Translations under genes and position numbers: made by a program | Part shown: positions 1-18,070 of the stretch, in pieces | Layout: each line of letters opens with the position of its first letter | Position numbering within the stretch: the first letter of the stretch is position 1 | The notes under the pieces: generated by a model | What the model was told of the DNA's origin: nothing | Database searches by the model: none | What the model saw: the letters and a program-made list of their open reading frames with translations, nothing else | Source: Mustelus asterias | Lineage: Eukaryota | Assembly (NCBI RefSeq): GCF_964213995.1 | Contig: NC_135821.1 | Span: 10,478,001-10,542,000, forward strand | Direction of reading: 5' to 3' | DNA: 64,000 nt

Positions 1-1230
1 ATTAGGAGAGGCAAGGCTTGATCAGGGATAGTCAGCATGGCTTCTGAGGGAGGTCATGCCTAACAAATTTGATTGCATTTGGAAGTGGTGACCACATGTA
101 TAGATGAGGGCAGTGCAGTTGATGCAGTGCAGTGGATTGCAGGAAAGACCTTTGACAAGTGTTCCATGTGGGAGACTTGTAAAGAAGGCACATGGGATAC
201 AGGGTTAGGGAAATTTGATATAATGGATGCAAAATTGGTTCAGTTTTCAGAACCAGAGGGTGATGACAGAAGGCTGATTTAGTGACTGGAAGCCAGTGTT
301 TTGGACTAGGAATGGTCAAGTGGAATTTAACCTGAAAAGTGTGAGGTGACACTTTGGAAGGAATAATTTGACAAGGAATGGGTGGCACAGTGGTTAGCAC
401 TGCTGCCTCAGTGCCAGGGACCTGGAATCAATTCCAGCCTCGGGTCAGTGTGGAGTTTGTACATTCTCCCCATGTCTGCGTGGGTTTCCTCCGGGTGCTC
501 CGGTTTCCTCCCACAGTCCAGAGATGTGCAGGTTAGGTGGATTGGCCGTGATAAATTGACCCCGTCAGGGGATTAGCAGGGTAAATATGTGGGGTTATGG
601 GAATAGTGCCTGGGTGGGATTGTGATCAGTGCAGACTTGATGGGCCAAATGGCCTCCTTCTGCACTGTAGGGATTCTATTCAATGAATGGCATGAAACTA
701 GGAAGTGTTACAAAAAGCAGGGAAGTGATGTTGGAGTTGTGAGGCCACAGCTGGAGCACTGCAGTTCTGGTCACCACATTATAGGAAGGATGTGATTGCA
801 CTGGAGGGGGTGCAGAGGAGATCCACCAGGCTGCTGCCTGGGTGAGAGCATCAAGTTATGGAGATATGTTGGATAGTATTGGGTTGTTTGTTGTTGGAAC
901 AGAAAATCTCAGGTTGCCCCTCATCAAGGTTGAGGGGCATGGACAGAATGGATAAGGAGCAGTTGTTCCCCTTAGTTGAAAGTTCAGTTACAAGGGGGCA
1001 CCAGATGTTTTTACCCAGAGGGTGCTGGTTGTCTGGAATGCCTGGGAGGGAGGTGGAGGCAGGATGCCTCACATCCTTGAAAAGTACCTGGATGAGCACT
1101 TGGCACGTCATAACATTCAAGGCTATGGAGCAAGTGCTGGTAAACGGGATTAGGAGGGAGGTCAGTTGTTTCTTGTGTGTTAGTGCAGACTCGATGGGCC
1201 TCAAGTGCTTTAGTATAGCCACTGTTGTAG
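1..1230 (+). mobile_element. Degraded CR1-type LINE with an HE1 SINE inserted at about 380-682
   Basis: Broken QHGF..GRSCLTNL, FDKV and QFWSPHYRKD..LEGVQRR segments; boundaries approximate. Confidence 0.75.
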
Positions 1231-1235
1231 GAAAT

Positions 1236-3686
1236 AAAGAACAAAGAACAAAGAACAAAGAACAGTACAGCACAGGAAACAGGCCCTTCGGCCCTCCAAG
1301 CCTGTGCCGCTCCTTGGTCCAACTAGACCAATCGTTTGTATCCCTCCATTCCCAGGCTGCTCATGTGACTATCCAGGTAAGTCTTAAACGATGTCAGCGT
1401 GCCTGCCTCCACCACCCTACTTGGCAGCGCATTCCAGGCCCCCACCACCCGCTGTGTAAAAAACATCCCTCTGATATCTGAGTTATACTTCGCCCCTCTC
1501 ACCTTGAGCCCGTGACCCCTCGTGATCGTCACCTCCAACCTGGGAAAAAGCTTCCCACTGTTCACCCTATCTATACCCTTCATAATCTTGTACACCTCTA
1601 TTAGATCTCCCCTCATTCTCCGTCTTTCCAAGGAGGACAACCCCAGTCTACCCAATCTCTCCTCATGGCTAAGACCCTCCATACCAGGCAACATCCTGGT
1701 AAACCTTCTCTGCACTCTCTCTAATGCCTCCACGTCCTTCTGGTAGTGCGGCGACCAGAACTGGACGCAGTACTCCAAATGTGGCCTAACCAGCATTCTA
1801 TACAGCTGCATCATCAGACTCCAGCTTTTATACTCTATACCCCGTCCTATAAAGGCAATCATACCATATGCCTTCTTCACCACCTTCTCCACCTGTGTTG
1901 CCACCTTCAAGGATTTGTGGACTTGCACACCTAGGTCCCTCTGTGTTTCTATACTCCTGATGACTCTGCCATTTATTGTATAACTCCTCCCTACATTATT
2001 TCTTCCAAAATGCATCACTTTGCATTTATCTGGATTAAACTCCATCTGCCACCTCTCCGCCCAATTTTCCAGCCTATCTATATCCTGCTGTATTGCCCGA
2101 CAATGCTCTTCGCTATCCGCAAGTCCAGCCATCTTCGTGTCATCCGCAAACTTGCTGATTACACCAGTTACACAGTCTTCCAAATCATTTATATATATCA
2201 CAAATAGCAGAGGTCCCAGTACAGAGTCCTGCGGAACACCACTGGTCACAGACCTCCAGCCGGAAAAAGACCCTTCGACCACTACCCTCTGTCTCCTATG
2301 GCCAAGCCAGTTCTCCACCCATCTAGCCACTTCTCCTTGTATCCCATGAGCCTTAACCAACCTGCCATGTGGGACTTTGTCAAATGCCTTACTGAAATCC
2401 ATATAGACGACATCCACGGCCCTTCCTTCATCAACCGTTTTTGTCACTTCCTCAAAAAACTCCACCAAATTTGTAAGGCACGACCTCCCTCTTACAAAAC
2501 CATGCTGTCTGTCACTAATGAGATTGTTCCGTTCTAAATGCACATACATCCTGTCTCTAAGAATCCTCTCCAACAACTTCCCTACCACGGACGTCAAGCT
2601 CACCGGCCTATAATCTCCTGGGTTATCCCTGCTACCCTTCTTAAACAATGGGACCACATTCGCTATCCTCCAATCCTCAGGGACCTCACCCGTGTCCAAA
2701 GAAGCGACAAAGATTTCCGTCAGAGGCCCAGCAATTTCATCTCTCGTCTCCCTGAGCAGTCGAGGATAGATGCCATCAGGCCCTGGGGCTTTGTCAATTT
2801 TAATGTTCCCTAAAAAACCTAACACTTCCTCTCTTGTAATGGAGATTTTCTCTAACGGGTCAACACCTCCCTCCGAGACACTCCCGGTTAACACGTCCCT
2901 CTCCTTCGTGAATACCGATGCAAAGTATTCATTTAGGATCTCCCCTATTCCCTTGGGTTCTAAGCATAATTCCCCTCCTTTGTCCCTGAGTGGTCCGATT
3001 TTCTCCCTGACAACTCTTTTGTTCCTAACGTATGAATAGAATGCCTTAGGATTCTCCTTAATCCTGCCTGCCAAGAACATCTCGTGACCTCTTTTTGCCC
3101 TTCTAACTCCCCGTTTGAGTTCTTTCCTACTCTCTCTGTATTCCTCCAGAGCTCCATCTGTTTTCAGTTGCCTGGACTTAACGTACGCCTCCCTTTTCAT
3201 TTTAATCAGATCCTCAATTTCCCTGGTTATCCACGGCTCTCGAATCCTACCTTTCCTATCTTTCCTTTTTACAGGCACATGCCTATCCTGCAGCCTTATC
3301 AATAGTTCCTTAAAAGACTCCCACATGCCAGACGCGGACTTACCCTCGAACATCCTCTCCCAATCAACATCCACCAATTCCTGCCTAATCCGGCTATAGT
3401 TAGCCTTCCCCCAATTTAGCACCCTGCCCGTAGGACAGCACTCATCCTTGTCCATTACTATCCTAAAGTTAACAGAGTTGTGGTCACTATTTGCCACATG
3501 TTCCCCTACCGAAACTTTGACGACCTGACCGGGCTCATTTCCTAGAACTAGGTCCAGTATAGCCCCCTCTCTAGTCAGGCTATCTACATACTGTTCCAAA
3601 GAACCTTCCAGTACGCATTTTACAAATTCCTCCCCGTCCGGACCCCCAGCTCTAAGCACTTTCCAGTCTGTGCCAGGGAAATTAAA
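1236..3686 (-). mobile_element. 5'-truncated CR1 (HER1-like) LINE with a long open RT ORF (1323-3704), in ferritin A intron 3
   Basis: KAPGPDG, YRPVSLTS, QHGF, DFSKAFD, FADD, RPHLEY, FFTQRVV motifs; (TTCTTTG)n 3' tail; truncated near the end of the endonuclease domain (FNFPGTDW). Confidence 0.95.
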
Positions 3687-3781
3687 TGGAGCAACAATGT
3701 GCACAGCAGGATCCCACTACCACAGACATCAATGTGACAAGTTACTGTGGCAGATCAGAGTTACGACAAAGTGAAGCTTAC

Positions 3782-3907
3782 GTGAGGGTCAGTCTGGGTG
3801 GTGGCGAGTTGGTGTAGATCCAGGAGACTCTGGTTCACATTCTTCTCCAGATCTAGGGCAACTTGCATTGCCTGTAGACTGTTGCCCCACTCATCCCTCT
3901 CTGGCTT
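3782..3907 (-). CDS. Ferritin copy A exon 3
   Basis: Acceptor TGTAG|AAG, donor CAC|GTAAG; [10 protein letters not shown]...DPH. Confidence 0.93.
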
Positions 3908-6825
3908 CTACAATGGAGAAAGACAGGCCAGTTATTTCAGGGAGCTTTCAGCTTGTCCATTTGGACCGAGAGAAGGAAGAAGGAGTTCAGGATCAGGTCA
4001 ACAATTTCCCAGTTTTTGCAGAGTTACGGGACAATTCAAAGCTCCTCTTGTATAAAGAGGTGTTTCTCAGTGCCCACACAGCAAGATTGTTCTGCTGATA
4101 ATTCTGTCAGTCCAATGACTTGAAACCTCATCATTAAAGCAGCCATCCCCCTCCCCCCTCAAATTCCCACCTTCACATCCTGGAGGAGGATGCGGCCTCC
4201 ACGTTTATTCTGGAATTTCATCAGCTTCTCCACGTGTTCCCGCTTCTCCTGGGACTGATGTTTGAAGAAGTGGGAGAAATTGTCGAGGGCGACATCATCT
4301 CGGTCAAAGAAAGATGTCTGAAAGAGAACAATCCCAATTCCATTAAACACAACACGGAGGCCCCAAGTCCTCGTCCAGATTTCTAATCAAACTGACTCTT
4401 CATATTGAAGTCACTTGATATTATCCTCCCTGCTTTGGGGATATCGAATGGTCTGTAACCCAATGTCTGATTCTAATTGTAATGATTAGATAGTAGAATT
4501 GGAACAGGACAACCCTCAAATATTCTGGTGTTGGAAGCACAGTTTCAATGAACATAAAATCCAACTGTGCAAGAAAAGTGCAAATATTGGTTTAGCATTT
4601 GCACCGAAATTGAATATTAATTGAAGTGTAGAAAGTCAATATTGGAAAAACTAAATTATAAACACCATTGAAGTGAGGATTTAAAAAGTCAATTCTAGAT
4701 TATAAAATTAGAAATGTCTGATGATTAAAACATGCTACCGTGCAAAGGGACCTGGGGGTCCTTGTGCATGAGACGCAAAAGCCCAGTCTGCAGGTACAAC
4801 AGGTGATCAAGAAGGCAAATGGGATGTTGGCCTATATTGCGAGGGGGATAGAATATAAAAGCAGGGATGTCTTGATGCACCTGTACAGGGCATTGGTGAG
4901 GCCGCAGCTGGAATACTGTGTGCAGTATTGGTCCCCTTATATGAGGAAGGATATATTGGCATTGGAGGGAGTGCAGAGAAGGTTCACCAGGTTGATACCG
5001 GAGATGAGGGGTTTGGATTATGAGGAGAGGCTGAGGAGATTGGGTTTGTACTCGTTGGAGTTTAGAAGGATGAGGGGGGATCTTATGGAGACTTATAAGA
5101 TAATGCGGGGGCTGGATAGGGTGGAGGCGGAGAGATTCTTTCCACTTAGTAAGGAAGTTAAAACTAGAGGACACAGCCTCAAAATAAAGGGGGGTCGGTT
5201 TAAGACAGAGTTGAGGAGGAACTTCTTCTCCCAGAGGGTGGTGAATCTCTGGAATTCTCTGCCCACTGAGGTGGTGGAGGCTACCTCGCTGAATATGTTT
5301 AAAGCGCGGATGGATGGATTCCTGATCGGTAAGGGAATTAAGGGTTATGGGGATCAGGCGGGTAAGTGGTACTGATCCACGCCAGATCAGCCATGATCTT
5401 ATTGAATGGCGGGGCAGGCTCGAGGGGCTAGATGGCCCACTCCTGCTCCTATTTCTTATTTCTTATGATTAAATTGCTACCATTTTCCAATCAACTTCCA
5501 ATATATAGTATCTCCAAATCATAGAATCATAGAATCCCTACAGTGCAGAAGGAGGCCATTCGGCCCATCGAGTCTGCACCGACCACAATCCCACCCAGGC
5601 CCTACCCCCACATATTTTACCCACTGATCCCTCTAACCTACGCATCCCAGGACACTAAGGGGCAATTTAGCATGGCCAATCAACCTAACCCACACATCTT
5701 TGGACTGTGGGAGGAAACCGGAGCACCCGGAGGAAACCCACGCAGACACGGGGAGAATGTGCAAACTCCACACAGACAGTGACCCGAGCCAGGAATCGAA
5801 CCCGGGACCCTGGAGCTGTGAAGCAGCAGTGCTAACCACTGTGCTACCGTGCCGCCGAGAAGACCTTGATGTACTAATGAAGCTACAGGTTCATAACCCA
5901 GAGAACACATTGTTCAAGATCTAAGGCAGTCTGAAAACTAGCAAAATACTGGAGAGCCTGACAAATGGTCATCTAGACTCAAAACATTGGCTTTATTCTC
6001 TCCCTGCAGATGCGGTCAGACCTGCTGAGATTTTCCAGCATTTTCTGTTTTTTGTTGTGGAAGCTGGAATCGAATTAGAATGAGCACAAAGCTGAACATA
6101 GTCATCAATAAAAGCAGGAGGCGATGGCCTAGTGGTATTATCACCAGACTAATAATCCAGAAACTCAGCTAATGTTCTGGGGACTCAGGTTCAAATCACA
6201 CCACTGTAGATGGTGAAACTGGAATTCAATGACAAATAACTGAAATTAAGAATCCACTGATGACCGCGAAACCATTGCCAATTGTCAGAAAAACCCATCC
6301 GATTCACTAATGTCCTTTAGGGAAGGAAATCTGTCATCCTTACCTAGTCTGGCCTACAGACTCACAGCAGTGTGGTTGACTCAACTGCCCTCAGGCAACT
6401 AGGGATGGGCAATAAATGCTGGCCCAGCCAGCGACACCCATGTCCCACGAATGAATTAAAATAAAAGCCAGTCTGGCCAATGGGACTCCATTCCTTGACC
6501 AACTTTGTTGACTCAACTCTCTTTTGGAATAATGAAGCATTCCATTCGGTTGTGGCAGTTAATGGGATGGACAATAAGTGCCAGTAACATTCTGAGACTA
6601 ACTATTCAAAGATTAAGAACACTTTTGCTCTGTGTATAATCATTCATTCAGCAGCCAATTAGCAGACTAGGTGCAGTCATATGACTACCAATGCCTAGGC
6701 ACAACCAGAGAGACAAGACTCACCAAAGAAAGATAGAGATAGGAGGCAGTGAGCTCCAGGTTAATCTGCTTGTTGACACCAGCTTCACAATCCTGGTGAT
6801 AGTTCTGGGAAATCTGGGAGTCCAT
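3782..6825 (-). CDS. Ferritin gene copy A (H/M-like frame with L-like substitutions); exons 6825-6724, 4317-4171, 3907-3782; exon 4 not present in window (3'-partial)
   Basis: Spliced translation [125 protein letters not shown]. All introns are GT-AG and phase 0; exon sizes 102/147/126 fit the vertebrate ferritin gene structure. Confidence 0.93.
4171..4317 (-). CDS. Ferritin copy A exon 2
   Basis: Acceptor TTTCAG|ACA, donor AAG|GTGGG; FDRDDVAL and QNKRGGR motifs. Confidence 0.93.
4730..5464 (+). mobile_element. 5'-truncated CR1 LINE (ORF2 C-terminus) in ferritin A intron 1
   Basis: 211-aa ORF with RDLGV, RPQLEY, FFSQRVV; TTCTTAT tail; target-site duplication ATGATTAAA at 4721-4729 and 5465-5473. 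Confidence 0.9.
5518..5856 (-). mobile_element. HE1-type V-SINE, full length (representative of more than 25 copies in the window)
   Basis: tRNA-like head with A/B boxes (TAGCACAGTGG, GGTTCGATTCC); V-domain GTCTGCGTGGGTTTCCTCCGGGTGCTCCGGTTTCCTCCCAC; CR1-like tail ending (ATTCTATG)n. Confidence 0.88.
6118..6466 (+). mobile_element. Second tRNA-derived SINE family (other copies at about 17790-18070, 21838-22175, 36195-36527, 50692-50972, 61025-61215)
   Basis: TGGCCTAGTGG and GGTTCAAATC boxes; shared body CCATCTGGTTCACTAATGTCCTTTAGGGAAGGAAATCTG; tail GGGCAATAAATGCTGGCC..GAATGAAT. Confidence 0.75.
6724..6825 (-). CDS. Ferritin copy A exon 1
   Basis: ATG at 6825; donor TTG|GTGAGT; 34 codons. Confidence 0.93.
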
Positions 6826-6903
6826 TTTGTGACTGTGAGCTTCTGTTCCCAAATTGAGGACAAACACCAACAAAACCTACACACTCCCAGCTAGAGGACT
6901 TGG

Positions 6904-7230
6904 ATTTATACCCCAGGACCACAAAGCAATTGTATCAAACAGGAAATGACATCACCAATGATGGCCAAACACTCTTGTTAAGCAATCAGAGAGCTGCCTT
7001 GTCCAATTGGATTCCAATCAACACAGGGTAGGATTGGGGAGCCAGGAACCAATCAGAAGATTGACGTTGAAGCTTGCTTGATTGACAACTCAATCATGAT
7101 GGAATTGCTGATTGGTCTTTGACTTCCTTCATAAGTGCAAACTTTGGAAGAGTTTCTACCGACAAACAGTAAAATATCTTCTAAAATCTTTATTCTGTCT
7201 TTTGAGCAGTGTTATTAAGACAAGCTTGAT
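6904..7230 (-). promoter_or_regulatory. Ferritin A proximal promoter
   Basis: TATAAAT at 6910-6904; AAACAGGAAATGACATCA at 6937-6954 (ETS-like plus CRE/AP-1-like); several CCAAT boxes; block conserved in all three copies. Confidence 0.7.
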
Positions 7231-8305
7231 TTGATTTATTATTGTCACATGTATTGGGATACAGTGAAAAGTATTGTTTCTTGCAAGCTAAACAGACAAA
7301 GCATGCCGTTCATAGAGTACAAGGGGAGAAGGAAAGGAGAGGGTGCAGAATGCGGTGTTACAGTCATAGATAGGATGTAGAGAAAGACCAACTTAATATA
7401 AGGTAGGTCCATTCAAAAATTTGATGGCAGCAGGGAAGAAGCTGTTCTTGAGTCGTTTGGTATGCGACCTCAGACTTTTGTATCCTTTTCCCGACGGAGG
7501 AAGGTGGAAGTCAGTATGTTTTAAAAAAAATTTATTTATTAGTGTCACAAGTAGGCTTACATTAACACTGCAATGAAGTTACCGTGAAAATGCCCTAGTT
7601 GCCACACTCCGGTGCCTGTTTGGGTACACAGAGGGAGAATTTAGCACGGCCAATGCATCTACCCAGCATGCCTTTTGGACTGTGGGAGGAAACTAGAGCA
7701 GCTGGAGAAAGCCCATGCAGATACGGGGAGAACGTGCCGACTCCGCACAAGCCGGGGAATTGAACCCGGGTCCCTGTTGCTGTGAGGCAGCAATGCTAAC
7801 CACTGTGCCGCCCCACCCGTCCATTCAAAAGTCTGACGGCAGCAGGGATGAAGCTGTTCTAGAGAGGGTTGGTACGTGACCTCAGACTTTCGTATCTTTT
7901 TCCCGATTGTAGAAGTTAGAAGAGAATATGTCTTGGGTGCGTGGGATCCTTGATAATGCTGGCTACACTTCTGAGGCAGCGGGAGTTGTAGACAGAGTCA
8001 ATGGATGGGAGGCTGGTTTGTGTGATGGACTGGGCTATGTTCTCAACCCTTTGTAGTTTCTTGCGGTCTTGGGCAGAGCAGGAGCCCATACCAAGCTGTG
8101 ATACAACCAGAAAGGATGCTTTCTATGGTGCATCTGTAAAAATTGTGAGAGTCGTAGCGGACATGGCAAATTTCCTTAGTCTTCTGAGAAAGTTGGTGGG
8201 TTTTCTTAATTATAGTGTTGGCGTGGAGTGACCAGGACAGGTTGTTGGTGATCTGGACACCCAGAAACCGGAAGCTCTCAACCATTTGCACTTTGTCACC
8301 GTAGA
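7228..8305 (-). mobile_element. Rex1/Babar LINE 3' fragment with a V-SINE inserted at about 7525-7815
   Basis: FRFLGVQITNNLSW and FYRCTIESILSGCITAWYG peptides; TGTGACAATAATAAATCAAATC tail. Confidence 0.8.
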
Positions 8306-9834
8306 TGGATAAGAAGGCCACCCCATAACAAGCTCCCATTTCCGATTCTCACCACCCTGATTTGCGAGTATGTTGTCATTCAGTCACGATCCTGGAACTC
8401 TCTCTCTATCAGCACTCTGTCCGTTCCCTGACTGGATGGACTGCAACAGTTCAAAAAAAAAACAACTTGCCACTATGTTGATAAGTTTAATTGGGCAATA
8501 ATTGCATCCCAGCCTTTGGCATTCACACACCGACAGCAAATATATAAAACTCACGCTGTAGTACATTACGTAAGAGTGTAGTTCTTCATCTGGTACTTTA
8601 GTGAATGCCCGCGGTAGTTTAAAATTATCTATCGAGATAGCCATATAGTGGGAATGGAGGGATACAAAAGAATGGTCTAGTTTGGACCAGGGAGCGGCAT
8701 GGGCTTGGAGGGCCGAAGGGCCTTTTCCTGTGCTGTATTGCTCTTTGTTCTTTGGGACATAAAGCAATCCCTCAATTTGTCATATGGTCACTCCCTCCAT
8801 CATGGCTGCCGTGTGTACCATCTAGAGCAGTGAGGGGCACCTGGGCTAGTGAGTGGGTGGCATGAGTGGCCCTCCTCCATCTCAGAGGGTCACAAGATTG
8901 AAATCGGGCTTGTTCACTAACTGTGACCCCATGAATAAGATTAAATACATTTAATACAGGCCGAATAGTTCATATCGAGTTATAGAAAATGCTGAATCGT
9001 TTATATATTAATGGAACTGTCGTCAACTTCACATGGTAAAGACAAAAGAAATATTGATGCTTTGGACACAGAGGGAGCGCACGGCTCTCACAGTCAATGT
9101 TGTGAGGAATCAGCACCCACCTCACTTCACTCACCCTTGCTTTATGTGCGAATCACTTCAGTCACACCGGCAGGAAAAAAACACCACAGACAGGAATCAG
9201 TGGAATGTGGCAACCCCGCGCGTGGGTGACGGACAACAAAATGTCTCGTGGAAGCCACACTCAGAACCCAGATTGGCCGCTTGTGGCTCCCAGGCCGCAG
9301 ATGACCCAACACTGATCTACAGGATGCACTGCAGCAACTTTCTAAGCCTTTTCCAACCCTCCATATCCTGTGACCTCCACCACCTGGAAGGACGGAGGAA
9401 GCAGGTGTGTGGGAACGCCATCCCCTCCTAGTTTTCCCTGCGAGTCGCGCACCATCCTGAAATCACCGTCCCTTCATCATCACCGCGTCTAAATCCTGGA
9501 ACTCCCTCGCTGACGGGAGCGACTTCACCACACGGACTACAGTGCTCCAAGGCAGGAGCTCCGCACGCTGACTTCCCAAAGACAATAAATGCGGGAATAA
9601 GCAAGATACTGCGGATGCTGGAATCTGAAACAGGAGATGCTGGAAATTCTCAGCAGTTCTGGCAGCGTCAGTCAGGTGAGGAACAGTCAACGTTTCGTGT
9701 TGTAGACCCCTCGTCAGAACTGAAGTGGGGGGAGAATGTAGAAACTGCACCAAAAAGTAACAACTTTGAGAACCAAATACAGATGGCCGGGTGTGGAAGG
9801 CATTTGTATTGAGGCAATGGCGTGGCCACGACCA

Positions 9835-10805
9835 AGGGAACCAGTGGATGTGGTTCACTTAGACTTTCAGGAGGCTTTGGATGAGGTCTCACATAACAGA
9901 CTCCTATGTAAAAGCACATGGGATTGCGGGGAATGTCTTGAGATGGATAGAAAGCTGGTTGGCAGATAGGAAGCAAAGAGCTGGCATTAATGGGTCATTT
10001 TCTGATTGGCAGTCAGTAATTAGTGGGGTTCTGCAGGGATCTGTGCTAGGACCCCAACTGTTGACATTATTAATGATTTGGAAGAGGGAACTGAATGTAT
10101 TATCTCCAAATTCACAGATGATACGAGGTTGGGTGGGAGGGTGAGCTGTGAGGAGGATGCAGAGATGCTTCAGTGTGATTTGGACAGGCTGAGTGTGTGG
10201 GCATCTGCATGGCAGCTGCAGTATAATGTGGATAAATGTGAGGTTATCCACTTTGGTAGCAATAATGGGAAGACATGACTTGAATGGGTGTAAATTGAGA
10301 GGCGGATACTCAACAAGACCTTGGTGTCCTTGTGCATCAGTCGCTGAAAGTAAGTGCACAGGTACAGCAGGCAGTAAAGAGAGAGGATTTGAGTTTAGGA
10401 ATAGGGATGTTATGCTGCAGTTGTATGGGGTGTTGGTGAGGCCACACCTGGAGTATTGTGTAAAGTTGTGGTATCTGAGGAAGGATGTCCTTGCTACAGA
10501 GGGGAGTACCAGACTGGTTCCTCGGATGGCAGGTCTGTCATGAGGCGAGACGAAGTCAGTTAGGATTATATTCACTGGAGTTTAAAAGTGAGGGGGGGAA
10601 ATCTCAAATTCTAACAGGATTAGACAGGTCATAGTTTGAGGATAAGGGGTAAACCTTTTAGGACTGAGGTGAGGAGGAATTTCTTCACCCAGAGGGTGGC
10701 GAATGTGTGGAATTCACCACCACAAAGTGGAGGCCAAAACATTGTGCGATTGCAAGAAGAAATTAGGTATAGCTCCTGGGGCTAAAGGGGTTATGGGGGA
10801 GAAAT
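9835..10805 (+). mobile_element. Degraded CR1 LINE
   Basis: VDVVHLDFQEALD, GVLQGSVLGP, ISKFTDDT, RPHLEY fragments with frameshifts. Confidence 0.85.
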
Positions 10806-11712
10806 AGACTCAATGGGCTATTCCCGATTCCAGTTTAATACTAAGTTTATTAATGTACCAAGTAGGCTTATTAACACTGCAATGACGTTACTGTGAAAGT
10901 CACTTAGTTGCCACACTCCAGCACCTGTTTGGGTACACCGAGGGAGAATTTAACATGGCCAATGCAACCAACATGTCTTTTGGATGTGGGAGGAAACCGG
11001 AGCACCCAGAGGAAACCCATGCAGATACAGGGAGCACATGCAGACTCTGCACAGGCAGTGACCCAAGCCAGGAATCAAACCCAGGTCCCTGGTGCTGTGA
11101 GACAGTAGTATTAACCACAACGCAATGTGAGTGGGAGGTGGTGCAAACAGCAACTTCTGCCTGTAACAAAGATTTAGCTCTGCCATGGCACTGGTTTCAG
11201 CAGATTCACTCCAAAAAGAGATGGTGAGGCACTCCGATCTAGGCTTGGATTGTGCAGACTGCAATATGCCTTGTATCAGATCTGCATACACCAAGTCATA
11301 GAATCCCTACAGTGCAGAGGGAGGCCATTTGGCCCATCGAATCTGCACCAAATCTGAGAATACCCAAACCCCATGTATTCCCCTAATCAACAAATCTTGG
11401 GACACTAACAGGCAATTTTGCATGGCCAAACCAGCCTACACTATTTTTTGGACTGTGGGAACAAAACCCATGCAGACACTGGGAGGATATGCAGACTCTG
11501 CACAGTCAGTGACCTGAGGCTGGAATTGAACTCAGGTCCCTGGTGCTGTGAGGCAGCAGTGCTAACCAATGTACTGCCCCAGAAGGCAAGATCCATGGTC
11601 TAACCCCAATTGTAATTGGTTAAACCAGACAATAATCTTTAAGCTGCAGTTAGCATTAAGTGTCAAATTAAAGCAAGTGTCTGAATGATGGGCAATAGAC
11701 AAAAATCAGTCA

Positions 11713-11725
11713 TTTATTTTTTATT
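11713..11725 (-). terminator. Polyadenylation signal(s) of ferritin B
   Basis: Two adjacent AATAAA on the minus strand about 130-140 nt after the stop; equivalent position in copy C. Confidence 0.6.
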
Positions 11726-11856
11726 TCTACATATGACAGCAATTCAATTCTTTGCGACAAGTTCGGTCTTCCTGGAGAAAGCCAAGTGGTCCAGCTGGAA
11801 TTGGAAACACATCTCACAGCAGCAAAGCCATCTCCAATCCAATACTAGATGTCACA

Positions 11857-16726
<4,870 letters not shown>

Positions 16727-16818
16727 CGTGCAATTTGTTCTTTTGCCTAATTCGCACAAAACACAATCGTGATCACACACTTAAGATTTACACCAAATAT
16801 CCCAACCAAAGGACTTGC

Positions 16819-17117
16819 ATTTATACTCTGGGACCCAACCCTATTTTATCAAACAGGAAATGACATCATCAATGGTGGCCAACCATTCTTGTTAACCAAT
16901 CAAACACTGCCTTTTCCAATTGGGTTCCAATTGGCAAAGGATAGGATTTGGGACCCAGGAGCCAATCAGAATGTTGGAGGGGCTGCTTGAAGGAATTGCT
17001 AACTGACCTTGACTCTTTGCATGGAAATCCTGAAAGTTCTCCCCCTGAAAATATGAAGAGATTATACTCTAAAATCTTATCATGACATTTAACTGGAGGT
17101 GTTGGGACAAGCTTGAT
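16819..17117 (-). promoter_or_regulatory. Ferritin B proximal promoter
   Basis: TATAAAT at 16825-16819; AAACAGGAAATGACATCA at 16851-16868; CCAAT boxes; homologous to copies A and C. Confidence 0.7.
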
Positions 17118-18070
17118 GCACACTCACATTAGGTTCCCATCTTTCGTGTGGGGAGCCAGAGGGCGGGTAACCCACACATCTTTGGAGCGTGGGAGGAAAC
17201 CGGAGCACCCGGAGGAAACCCATGCAGACACGGGGAGAACGTGCAAACTCTGCACAGACAGTGACCCAAGGCCGGAATTGAGCCTGGCGATGCGAGGCTA
17301 ACCACTGTGCCACCGTGCTGCCCTTGCCCAGGCTCGATCCCATTTACTCCACTAATTCCCCCTAACCTCACATATTTACCCCACTAATCCACCTAATCTA
17401 CACATTTTAGGACACCAAGGGGCATTTTAGCGTGGCCAACACATCTAACACACACATCTTTGGAGTGTGGGAGGAAACCGGAGCACCCGGAGGAAACCCA
17501 CGTAGACACGAGGAGAACGTGCAGACTCCACACAGACAGTGACCCGAGGCTGGAATTGAAACCGATTCCCGGGCGCTGTGAGGCAGCAGTGTTGTTTTCA
17601 GTCCAATAGCACCAACAGTAACCACATGGAAAGCGAGTTGTATAATCCAACACGGTTCAGGCCAGCGTCGAATAAAAGAAGAATGTTTTCAGCTCAGTTT
17701 GTGGGATATTGCTTCAATCCTATAAGGAATTTGTTCAGCCCTGGGTTGGCAGACTTGGAGGTCCGAGTCGGGCGTGAAGAGTGGGCAAGAAGTTGGCGTA
17801 GTGGTAATGCCACTGGACTAGTAATCCAGAGACTCAGCTCATGATCTGGGGCCACGGGTTCAAATCTCACTGCGGCAGCCGGTGGAATTTGAATTCAAGG
17901 AATGAAATCTGGAATTGAAAGTTAGCCTCAGTAACGGTTGACCATAAAACTACCAGCGATTGTCGTTTAAAAAAACCCTCACCTGGTTCACTAATGTCCT
18001 TGCGGGAAGGAAATCTGCTGTCCTTACCCGATCTGGCCTACATGTGACTCCAGAGCCACAGCAATGTGGT

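Noticed and set aside
1-3781. Ferritin A as a truncated pseudogene lacking exon 4
   Set aside because: Exons 1-3 and splice sites are intact; exon 4 may simply lie beyond position 1, so this cannot be decided here
3798-4055. Plus-strand ORFs repeated at 3798, 12581, 11685 and 21352
   Set aside because: Antisense shadows of ferritin exons 3 and 4
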